NCBI GenBank assembly: GCA_938082545.1
Contig: CALKCL010000019.1
Coordinates: 3,914-67,913, forward strand
Source of the DNA: an uncultured Gammaproteobacteria bacterium
GTDB lineage: Bacteria; Pseudomonadota; Gammaproteobacteria; Ga0077536
Length of the DNA: 64,000 nucleotides
Reading direction: 5' to 3'
In this document: piece after piece, positions 1 to 8,180 of the stretch
Position numbering within the stretch: position 1 is the first letter of the stretch
How the letters are laid out: each line of letters begins with the position of its first letter
Notes under the pieces: model-generated
The model's database searches: none
Told to the model about the DNA's origin: nothing
Seen by the model: the letters and a program-made list of their open reading frames with translations, nothing else
Made by a program: the position numbers and the translations under genes

Positions 1-426
1 AATAGAGCCTCCACCAGATGATTTCATTCTGGAGCCGACTAAGGCCATAAGTCTGAAGGGTGCTTTCAAATTAATTGCGATAACTTTGTCGAATAAATCT
101 TCGGACACGTCTTCCAACGATGGATATAAAGGAGACATCCCCGCGTTATTTACAAGGATGTCTATTTTTCCTAAAGCACTTTCAACTTGATTAACCATCG
201 GTTCAAGTTGGTCCCATTTTCCCACATGGCATGCAAAGGGGAATGCCCTTGTTCCAATGTCTCTGATTTCGGCAGCGACCGACTCACAAGACTCAATCTT
301 CCTACTGACAATGGCTATGTTAGCCCCTTCTTTCGCAAATGCTAGTGCCATAGTGCGACCCAGTCCCCTACTCCCCCCTGTGATTAAGACAGTTTTACCT
401 GCTAATTGTTTGCTAATCTCAGTCAT
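1..426 (-). CDS. SDR family NAD(P)-dependent oxidoreductase (3' end runs off the window)
   Basis: Not in the ORF track. Manual translation from ATG at 426: MTEISKQLAGKTVLITGGSRGLGRTMALAFAKEGANIAIVSRK...GKIDILVNNAGMSP...; TGxxxGxG and NNAG motifs; start overlaps the stop of the upstream ORF by 8 nt. Confidence 0.93.
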   Translation of the reverse strand, partial: MTEISKQLAGKTVLITGGSRGLGRTMALAFAKEGANIAIVSRKIESCESVAAEIRDIGTRAFPFACHVGKWDQLEPMVNQVESALGKIDILVNNAGMSPLYPSLEDVSEDLFDKVIAINLKAPFRLMALVGSRMKSSGGGSI

Positions 427-898
427 TTTTTGGTCGTCCTAATAAAGAATTTATGCCGATCGCTAATAAGACTACCACGACTAAGACGCTCGGGAGTCCA
501 GGGAGAAAACCCAGTACACTTAAAAAACTGCTTTCTCCAAGCGGGTTGTCTCCTAATGTCAGAGCGCGATTGGCGACGGCATTCCCTATCCAGTAAAACA
601 ATGTGAATGACCATGCCGCATAACTGAAGCCGTAAACCATAAACTTGTTTTTCAGCTCTGATAATTCCAACATTGGTAATGATAGAGCCACAACCATTAC
701 CAGCAATCCATTAAGGATCCCACCAGTATGTGCCCGGACCCAACCTTCGGTTGTGCCGTAACTCGGTAGCTCAATAATATACCCAGGCCAGACTTCTAGC
801 CCTCCAACAAGCTGAAATAGCAGCATAAATCCTGCAAGCATTGCTATAAGGATCACAAGCATGCCATTAATCATCATAATCCGTTGTAATTCTTTCAT
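419..898 (-). CDS. styC: Styrene-oxide isomerase (StyC)-like heme b membrane protein
   Basis: Four hydrophobic segments. LVGGLEVWPGYIIEL, EGWVRAHTGGILNG, FY and NRALTLGDNPLG align without gaps to the recalled Pseudomonas StyC (LVGGFEIIPGYIIEF, EGWARAHSGPALNG, FY, NRGLTFGPNQFG). Confidence 0.85.
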   Translation of the reverse strand: MKELQRIMMINGMLVILIAMLAGFMLLFQLVGGLEVWPGYIIELPSYGTTEGWVRAHTGGILNGLLVMVVALSLPMLELSELKNKFMVYGFSYAAWSFTLFYWIGNAVANRALTLGDNPLGESSFLSVLGFLPGLPSVLVVVVLLAIGINSLLGRPKND

Positions 899-975
899 AT
901 TGATAAAGTTCCATCGGTGAGAAATTCGCAGACACTCTTGAGGGCCTCTAACTCCGTTTTCAACCTATTTACTAC

Positions 976-1830
976 TTAGAAAGGAATCGGCATGAGCGGA
1001 TCTGAAGTATCTACTAAGGGCTGCTTCTGTGGGTCGCAAGGTGGATAGGCTTCGACCCACTCGCTAAACCACTGAGGGTCTTTCGAGTTGCGCGGGTCAT
1101 GCCATGGTAGAAGAGCATTTAGAAAATAAGGACCTATATTCCAAATAATCGACCCTACTAAACTAGCAATACCGAGTTGTCCTTTTAAAGTCCAAAGTAG
1201 TCCATCTTTTTTCATGGCGGCGAGCATTCCTGCAAAGGAATATCCTAAAACATGGAAGCTACCGTGGAACACTCCTAAAGCCCTCGTGAAATATGAGCCT
1301 GAGCACGCCATATAGACGTCAAACGCTACGGTTTTATGCTCTGCTTCCTCTATCATGTGCATTAACCAAAAAGAGGAGATATAAGGGCAGGCATTTTTAA
1401 ATAATTTAGTTCTCTTTCCGAGAAGCCACTTGGTGAAGCCCTGAGTCATAGTTTCAAATCCAGCACTATAAGCGAGTTTTACTGGCAAAGATCTTCCGGA
1501 TAGTTTTTGATAGGAATATCGAATTTTGTCTTCAATTTCTTTGAATTCGGGATAACCGTTTTTATTCAGTAAAACGTTTAAGCGCTTATGACATTCGTGG
1601 TGTCGATACTCTTGACCATTGAATTGCTTAATATCGTGTAAAAGCTCGGGGTCTTGTATCAGTTTCCGAGCTTCGTCATTCGTTCGGCACAGATAGGGCT
1701 CTAGGTACGGCATAGTCAGAGAGACGCCGTTGAAAAAATGGGCAAAGACAGGATTATTTGTATTCCATTTTGGATTTAGATCGTTGGGAAAATCAAAGCT
1801 AAATGCCCGAAGTACAATATTACGCTTCAT
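976..1830 (-). CDS. 'Metal-dependent hydrolase' family protein (PF10118-like), probably a ferritin-like diiron protein
   Basis: FFNGVSLTMPYLEPYL, QEYRHH, AGFET, HMIEEAEHKTVAFDVY. Start moved to ATG 1830 (MKRNIVLR), which follows GGGGAG-N6; the ORF track starts at 1878. Confidence 0.75.
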   Translation of the reverse strand: MKRNIVLRAFSFDFPNDLNPKWNTNNPVFAHFFNGVSLTMPYLEPYLCRTNDEARKLIQDPELLHDIKQFNGQEYRHHECHKRLNVLLNKNGYPEFKEIEDKIRYSYQKLSGRSLPVKLAYSAGFETMTQGFTKWLLGKRTKLFKNACPYISSFWLMHMIEEAEHKTVAFDVYMACSGSYFTRALGVFHGSFHVLGYSFAGMLAAMKKDGLLWTLKGQLGIASLVGSIIWNIGPYFLNALLPWHDPRNSKDPQWFSEWVEAYPPCDPQKQPLVDTSDPLMPIPF

Positions 1831-1897
1831 GCCGATCTCCCCCAAACCGTTTTCTGTAGTAGCTGAGGATGACTCCAACTACTCATAGTTCTATTGA

Positions 1898-1931
1898 AAA
1901 ATGTTAGAGATGTTTTCTCAAAAAACATTTT
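1898..1931. promoter_or_regulatory. Imperfect inverted repeat upstream of the putative diiron gene
   Basis: AAAATGTT (1898-1905) ... AACATTTT (1924-1931), with an inner GAGA/TCTC pair. Confidence 0.35.
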
Positions 1932-2012
1932 CGCAGGTGCACTAAAGCTTTCGGGCACAAGAGAGAGATTACACTAATTGTATCACCCGTGCTAGGCTCT
2001 CCCGCTAATGAA

Positions 2013-2876
2013 CTATCTTATAAACGACTGCAATGCATCGTTACAAACCCCTGAGATGTCAGGGCGTCCTATGTCTTGCAATGCCGGTGCAGGAAAGTCC
2101 TTATTTAAAGCTACCGATTCGAGAGCATGCCTTTGCCCTTTAAATATGAGACCTAAAGGCAATCTTTTCTCTTCGCGTAATTCTTGCATACGAGTGAATG
2201 CCGCAGCCCGATTTGTAGGGTCATACCCTTCCTCGGCATCTACATCATAAACGCTGGTCCGCCAATCTCTGTAGGTGTCATTGTACGTTACACAGGGAGA
2301 CAAGACTTCCAGGTATGACATACCTCCACCTTCAGCGGTGTGTTTAAGCGCGGCTAAAGTTAAGTCAAGTAATTGAGCAGGCTGCCCGCTATAAGCTCTG
2401 GCCAGAAAAGTCGAACCGGGAATACTTAATCCCAACATAACCGGGTCAAGATCTTCTTCTAAGTTATCTTGATAGCCAGTAGGGGCTGTTGGAGAAGCCT
2501 GCCCCTTGGTCAAACCATAAGTGCCGTTGTTCATGACTATATAGGTCACTCCCGGATTACGTTTGAAAGCATGTACCAGGTGACCACCCCCGATAGCATA
2601 GCCATCCCCGTCTCCACCGACGCCAACGACGGTCAGTTCAGGGTTAGCCAACTTCGAACCCGTTACAGTCGGTAAGACTCGGCCATGCAAAGTGTGGTAC
2701 CCGTAACAAGAAAGATTATTCTGCAGGGAGCCTGAGCAGCCAATCCCCGCCACAACCATTCTTTCATGAGGAGGGATTTTTAGTTCCTCTAATGCACTGA
2801 CCAATGCCTGTAAGACTCCGAAATCTCCACAGCCGGCACACCAGATAGGTCGTGAGGGAGTAAATGTTTTTGTCAT
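2013..2876 (-). CDS. korB: 2-oxoacid:ferredoxin oxidoreductase beta (TPP-binding) subunit
   Basis: WCAGCGDFG, GIGCS, HGRVLP, GGDGDGYAIGGGH, NNGTYGLTKGQASPT, LSPCVTYN. Confidence 0.9.
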   Translation of the reverse strand: MTKTFTPSRPIWCAGCGDFGVLQALVSALEELKIPPHERMVVAGIGCSGSLQNNLSCYGYHTLHGRVLPTVTGSKLANPELTVVGVGGDGDGYAIGGGHLVHAFKRNPGVTYIVMNNGTYGLTKGQASPTAPTGYQDNLEEDLDPVMLGLSIPGSTFLARAYSGQPAQLLDLTLAALKHTAEGGGMSYLEVLSPCVTYNDTYRDWRTSVYDVDAEEGYDPTNRAAAFTRMQELREEKRLPLGLIFKGQRHALESVALNKDFPAPALQDIGRPDISGVCNDALQSFIR

Positions 2877-4660
2877 GCGACTTCATCCTCTTTGAGATTC
2901 AGCTTACTAATAACGCTATTCACTAAGTCTTGCGCTTGCATTGGAATACCATCATAACGAAGTATATTGTTGATATTTTCTTCTTCACCGCCATGCGCAA
3001 TGATTAACTTAGCTAGTTGAGCCGTAGCGTTATATTCAACAACAAAAATATTAGGGCAGCGTTTCGTGAACGCTGGAGTATCATCTAACATCGGCCATAA
3101 CGTTCTGACCTGGTGATATTGCGCTAAAATACCCTTCTGGGCCAGTAGATCTATTGCTTCAAGAATCACGCCATAACACATGCCAACACCAATAAACCCG
3201 ATATCTGCAGTCTCCACTCCATGGTTTATAGCCAGGGGTAGCTCAGGTTTCATCGACACCATCTTGTGCTGCCGCTTGGCAACCATCTTGTTTCTATTTA
3301 TGGGGTCTGTTGATACGAGGCCAAACTCATCATGTTCATTCCCAGTAACCAACCCCATACCACCAGGTGTGCCTGGCGGTGCAAAGTCGGAGGCACCACT
3401 ATCTGTATGCAAATACCGTTTGTATACTTCTAGCTTAGAAACTTGCTCGGCATCTAATCGCCCGCCTCGATCTATAACTACGGATGAGAGGTCTATCGGA
3501 TCAACCGTTGCAGTATTCTGAGACAAGCCTTGATCCAAGCACATAAAGACTGGAACTTGATATTTTTCAGCTATGTTGCATGCCGTCACGGTTAAGTGAA
3601 AGCATTCTGCAGGATTCCCTGGAGCCAGCACGACTCTTGGAAAATCTCCAGCACCACCATAACAAAGTAAGTTAATATCGCTTTGCTCGGGCTTAGTTGG
3701 CATCCCGGTACTCGGCCCGCTTCGTTGAGCATCAACAATGACCATCGGTATTTCTGCCATTCCCAGTTGACCAATGCCTTCTTGCATTAGCGCTATGCCC
3801 GGTCCACAGGTCGCAGTCATGGTCCTAGTACCGGTAATTGCGGCACCGATAGCCATGTTTATAGCAGAGAGCTCATCTTCGGCCTGCTTTACGACACCCC
3901 CAAACTTAGGAAGCCATTTCACCAACCATTCCATTACATCAGTTGAGGGAGTAATAGGGTAACCTGCAAAGAATCTTCCACCAGCAACTGCAAATCCAAA
4001 AGCAACGGCTTCATTTCCAGTGATTAGCATGTGGGCCTTCGAGTCTGTTGCAACTATTTCGAACAAACCTTCGCCTATCGTCAAGCCTGCGTCGTCAGCA
4101 AGTGTGCAGCCAACGTTCAACGCATCCAAATTATACTTGAGCGCTTGTGCACCTCTTCTTCCAAAACGCTTATCAAAAGCGATCTTCATTTGGCCATCGT
4201 CAAGACCTATCAATCTTCCTATCACCGCAAACGAAATACTATTTTTATAAATATCTCTTCTGAAATTTTTAACAGCATATCTGCTCAGAGGAACACCAAT
4301 CAGCCGGACACCTTCAGGTAATTTAGATTCGGCCGTCAACTCTCCATTTGAACTATCATAAATAACGATACTTTTCGCATTTAATCGGAAGGCATATTTT
4401 GGTATCGCCGCCTGATCAAAGGCCACCATTAAATCGATATGACTACTAATGCACAGTCGCTCTCCATTATAGGCACGCAAAGTAGCAGCTGTGATTCCGC
4501 CTTTGATTCGTGAGAGAACGTCTCTTTCGGTATAAACTCTCAAACCTGATGTACGAAGTACATCAGCAAGAATATTAACTACCGTCAGAGATCCGTCTCC
4601 GCCTTGTCCAGCTACAATTACATTGAGGTCTTCTAACCGAGGCTTCGTACTATTATTCAT
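2873..4660 (-). CDS. korA: 2-oxoacid:ferredoxin oxidoreductase alpha subunit (gamma-alpha fusion)
   Basis: N-terminal GQGGDG gamma domain; GYPITPS, QAEDE, QRSGPSTGMPTKPEQSD, GNEHDE; 4-nt overlap with the beta gene. Confidence 0.9.
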   Translation of the reverse strand: MNNSTKPRLEDLNVIVAGQGGDGSLTVVNILADVLRTSGLRVYTERDVLSRIKGGITAATLRAYNGERLCISSHIDLMVAFDQAAIPKYAFRLNAKSIVIYDSSNGELTAESKLPEGVRLIGVPLSRYAVKNFRRDIYKNSISFAVIGRLIGLDDGQMKIAFDKRFGRRGAQALKYNLDALNVGCTLADDAGLTIGEGLFEIVATDSKAHMLITGNEAVAFGFAVAGGRFFAGYPITPSTDVMEWLVKWLPKFGGVVKQAEDELSAINMAIGAAITGTRTMTATCGPGIALMQEGIGQLGMAEIPMVIVDAQRSGPSTGMPTKPEQSDINLLCYGGAGDFPRVVLAPGNPAECFHLTVTACNIAEKYQVPVFMCLDQGLSQNTATVDPIDLSSVVIDRGGRLDAEQVSKLEVYKRYLHTDSGASDFAPPGTPGGMGLVTGNEHDEFGLVSTDPINRNKMVAKRQHKMVSMKPELPLAINHGVETADIGFIGVGMCYGVILEAIDLLAQKGILAQYHQVRTLWPMLDDTPAFTKRCPNIFVVEYNATAQLAKLIIAHGGEEENINNILRYDGIPMQAQDLVNSVISKLNLKEDEVA

Positions 4661-5982
4661 TTCCCTTCTCCATCATTTGTTTGAGGGATCTTCTTTTTCT
4701 TGCGCGGCGGCGGCGGTAGTGGACGCCAGTTTTTTGCAGAAGCTCCATCTTCCCAACCACGATAGTAATTTTTAGGATCAAGATTTCCTATTTCGGCGCG
4801 CTCCTCTAATGATGGCATCAATGCAGGCAATGGGCGATTGCGTTTATATTCGGACAATCTAATGACTAAGTCTTTGCCTAGAGGAGCTTCTTCAAACTCC
4901 TTCGTCTCTACCCAACCATCATCAATTAAAGCTTGGAAAGCTTTATGCCCCGCCTCAGTCCTTATGATAGTAAAGGTCCATTTATCCATGCCGATACCAC
5001 CCAGTGCTATATCTGCATTGTCAGCAGAATAGTCCATACAGTAAAGGCAAGCTGGTCGAGCGTACTTTCCGAAGGCCTTAAGCGATTTCACTTCCTCTCG
5101 ACCATCTCTCAATTTTATTTCAACTCGGCCCTTGATATTAATGTTCATAATATCTTTTTTAGGAACGTCTAAATCTTGAGCTAACCAGTCAATACCTTCT
5201 TCAGTGAAAGCCTCTGAGCATAACAGCCCTATGACCAAAGAAATATTGTCTTGGTACCACTCTGCAACGTCAAGACGGATGCTAGAAAACTGCTGTTGTC
5301 GCACACCATTGACTTGGCAAGGAACTCCCACAACGGCAAGAGGAGAGAGATCTTTTTTCATAGCTTCGATAAGCGCTAATGTGTTTGGTTGGTAGGTGTA
5401 GCGCGAGCGAGCCCCTTTAATCACCTCTTCAGGAGTTGTCTGCAGCATGGAGCTTCCCATTTGAGGGTTGTCCGCATGCTCCTCTCCTGCAACAGCAGCG
5501 TTAATCGTGCCATTTTTCATCCCATGCAAAAGAAGAGCCGTACAAACGCCACCATCTTGGCCTTGATCAACAGTCGCCTTATCGGTAGCTCTCGCATAGA
5601 CTCCATAATTATAAGGACCGAACCCTTCATCTTTTACGGGCTCTTTTAATTGGATCTGATCTTTCATGTCTCGATCAGTCGGTCTAAGTACTGGACAAAC
5701 GTCGACGCATAATTCACAAAACACACATGCGTTATGTCTAGTGTCTAGGGGAACTTCATCTTTGTAGTCGAAAACGTCCACTGGACATATCGTGACACAG
5801 GCTGCGCACCCAATACATTTTCCTGGATCAACCACTTCTTCCATAAGAAGATCAACTGCTTTGAACCCACCTCGGTTATATTCGGATCTCCAAGCATAGG
5901 CCCATTCGTTCGGATCAGCGCCCTGATCAACCAAACGGTGATAACGACCTTGAACTTCTTTGGTTAAATTATCTAGATCCAA
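4657..5982 (-). CDS. FrhB/FdhB-family Fe-S flavoprotein with N-terminal 2x[4Fe-4S] domain
   Basis: CIGCAACVTICP and CVFCELCVDVCP; QDGGVCTALL, VGVPCQV, IGLLCSE, CLYCMDYSADNADIALG; TTG start after a GGAG-rich RBS; 4-nt overlap with korA. Confidence 0.85.
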   Translation of the reverse strand: MDLDNLTKEVQGRYHRLVDQGADPNEWAYAWRSEYNRGGFKAVDLLMEEVVDPGKCIGCAACVTICPVDVFDYKDEVPLDTRHNACVFCELCVDVCPVLRPTDRDMKDQIQLKEPVKDEGFGPYNYGVYARATDKATVDQGQDGGVCTALLLHGMKNGTINAAVAGEEHADNPQMGSSMLQTTPEEVIKGARSRYTYQPNTLALIEAMKKDLSPLAVVGVPCQVNGVRQQQFSSIRLDVAEWYQDNISLVIGLLCSEAFTEEGIDWLAQDLDVPKKDIMNINIKGRVEIKLRDGREEVKSLKAFGKYARPACLYCMDYSADNADIALGGIGMDKWTFTIIRTEAGHKAFQALIDDGWVETKEFEEAPLGKDLVIRLSEYKRNRPLPALMPSLEERAEIGNLDPKNYYRGWEDGASAKNWRPLPPPPRKKKKIPQTNDGEGK

Positions 5983-6220
5983 CTCCGCTCCCTCCAGCTA
6001 TTTGAAATTGACTGACCAACATAAGGATGATGATCGACGCGAACTAACATTCTCAACCACTCACCTCTCTGTAGGCCGCAATTGATTGCCAGCAAACGGT
6101 ACCTAGTTTATCGGGTCCGGCAACTGTAAATGCTAAAGGACCACGGTGAAGGACAATTTTATTATCTAATGCCAGCAAATACAATAATTTACTGCATAGC
6201 CTAATATGCTGAGAACTTGC

Positions 6221-7447
6221 TTAAAAGAATCTAATTATTTCCAATTGTATCGAGTCATCTTCTCTAACTGGATAAAAAGCATCATGATCTGCCGTGTCGT
6301 AAGTAAAACGTGCCTCTAACTCCATTTTCCAATGATTCCCAAACCGGCGGCTAGCTTCTAAATTTGTAAAATATCCCCCATTATTCATGTCTGCGCCAAT
6401 TCCTCCTAGCAATTGGGTATCAGCGGCATCGTTCATGGCAACTCTCATTCCAGTGAAAATATCGTTGTTAAAAGCACCTGTAGACTTAAAGCCTCTTTCA
6501 TCCCAATGGTATTCACTTAATAGACCTAAATCTATTACGGTACCTCCAATTCCTACAAGCGTGTATTCAAAACCACTTACAGAGGCAAAATACGTCTTAT
6601 CTTGTCCCTGCCGCCTCATAACCTCTAGCTTTAGCAACCAATTTTGAAGCGTGGCTTGCAAATCTAAGCTCGTTTGGTGAATTAGATCGTAATAAGGCAC
6701 CAAACTAAGCTCTCCCTGGGCGGACTTTCGCGCCAAAAACCGAGGCATTCGGCTGGTCCCCCAGAAATGACTTAGACCCAGATCGAGAGGGCCTAAGTAG
6801 CCGGAAAAACGTACCGCGTAATCAATATGCTTCTCCTCCGCAGCAGATTGGTACATGGATGAGCTTTGATCAATCTTTATACTCGAACGAAATCGTGCAT
6901 CTTTATCCGGAAAAGTTCTTTCCCTGAAACCCGGCAAAACAAAAAAGTCAGCAGTACCCCAGTCCCGTACTAGCGTTAAATTGACCATTGGCTGACCCAG
7001 TTTATCCTCCAGGTCTGTGTTTTCGACCGCATCGCTTTGGTTAATAATATCTATTAAGTGGTTCGACTCGGCGACACCCCAGAATACTTTTCCTATTCCC
7101 GCCCTAAGTTCCCAGGATGTGCTGTTGTAATTGTAAATGAATTCCCGCAGATCTACATGAGTGCGCCTTGAGTCGTATTGGTCAAGTCGAGCAAACGGAA
7201 CCAACAGGACGCTATGTCTCTCATCACCCCACGTTTTGTAAAATTCAGGTTGAAAAGCTAATGACACGTTCTCATTTTTCTGATTGTCATGAAGTCCTTT
7301 ATTGGGGAAAGCTCTGAACTCTAAAGACAGATACCCAGATATCTCGGTGGCTTCAGCACCTATTAGATCAGCAACGAAGAAAAAGCTAAAAACAACAACA
7401 GCTACGAAATAGGATAATTTATTACTCAGTACTTGGCTTAATGTCAT
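6221..7447 (-). CDS. Outer-membrane beta-barrel protein of unknown function (DUF1302-like)
   Basis: N-terminal signal-like segment, alternating beta-strand pattern, DLREF / ELRAGIGKVFWG / DIINQSD motifs, C-terminal Phe. Confidence 0.65.
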   Translation of the reverse strand: MTLSQVLSNKLSYFVAVVVFSFFFVADLIGAEATEISGYLSLEFRAFPNKGLHDNQKNENVSLAFQPEFYKTWGDERHSVLLVPFARLDQYDSRRTHVDLREFIYNYNSTSWELRAGIGKVFWGVAESNHLIDIINQSDAVENTDLEDKLGQPMVNLTLVRDWGTADFFVLPGFRERTFPDKDARFRSSIKIDQSSSMYQSAAEEKHIDYAVRFSGYLGPLDLGLSHFWGTSRMPRFLARKSAQGELSLVPYYDLIHQTSLDLQATLQNWLLKLEVMRRQGQDKTYFASVSGFEYTLVGIGGTVIDLGLLSEYHWDERGFKSTGAFNNDIFTGMRVAMNDAADTQLLGGIGADMNNGGYFTNLEASRRFGNHWKMELEARFTYDTADHDAFYPVREDDSIQLEIIRFF

Positions 7448-7724
7448 GCCTTTAATTATACAACGAATGATGGTGAATACTAAAAATAATATTCATTATT
7501 CAGCAAGAATATTTCTAAACATAGAACAAAACTAGGCTTCAAAAGGTAAAGACTTTAAGTGACTGGAACACTTCATCCGCTACCTTTCTGATAGGCATAG
7601 AATCGTGCAGCCGTGGTGAGCGATAGGTAGTGTTTACATTTGTGGATTAGCTATGCAGCAGTGCGCTCTAGACTAGTGTTGATGAAAGGGGTGTAGCTTT
7701 TTTTATTGATCTTCAAATTAAGGC

Positions 7725-8168
7725 TTATATCAAAAGTTCCATAGCGATATGATCTATATTCGCATCCACGAAGACATCTCCAGAGGCTACAAAACCAACA
7801 CGTTCATAAAACGCTCGTGCAGGGAGTTGCGCGTGAAGGTATATTTTGCTCATATTGATTTCATGCGCAAAGTCTAAAACAGCCAAAATTATCATGCGGC
7901 CAATACCCTGCCGGCGATGTTCTTTAAGAACGGCCATACGACCGAAGTGACCGTCATTTAGTAGTCGCGCCGTACCCACTGGACATAGATCGTCACCGTA
8001 AGCTATCCAATGGCTAGCCACTGGATCAAACTGATCAAAATCGAGATCGAAAGGGACATTCTGCTCTTCAACAAAGACAGGAATACGCACAGCTTTTATT
8101 GACATTTCGCTGACACCCCACTCTACTTTTTTGATCTTGGACCTAGGCATAATTAGAGATTTTTCCAA
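7725..8168 (-). CDS. GNAT N-acetyltransferase (YjcF/ElaA-like)
   Basis: IRIPVFVEEQNVP-like segment, GTARLL, GRMAVLKEHRRQGIG, LHAQ...FYERVGF. True start may be MPRSK at 8150. Confidence 0.85.
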   Translation of the reverse strand: MEKSLIMPRSKIKKVEWGVSEMSIKAVRIPVFVEEQNVPFDLDFDQFDPVASHWIAYGDDLCPVGTARLLNDGHFGRMAVLKEHRRQGIGRMIILAVLDFAHEINMSKIYLHAQLPARAFYERVGFVASGDVFVDANIDHIAMELLI

Positions 8169-8180
8169 ACTTAATATTAC

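Noticed and set aside
4657-5982. F420-reducing hydrogenase / methanogen-type gene
   Set aside because: No NiFe large or small subunits and no maturases; stand-alone FrhB-family domains are common in bacteria.
7504-7520. ICE/Irr-like site upstream of the outer-membrane protein gene
   Set aside because: Only 11/14 match in a very AT-rich stretch, so it is likely chance.
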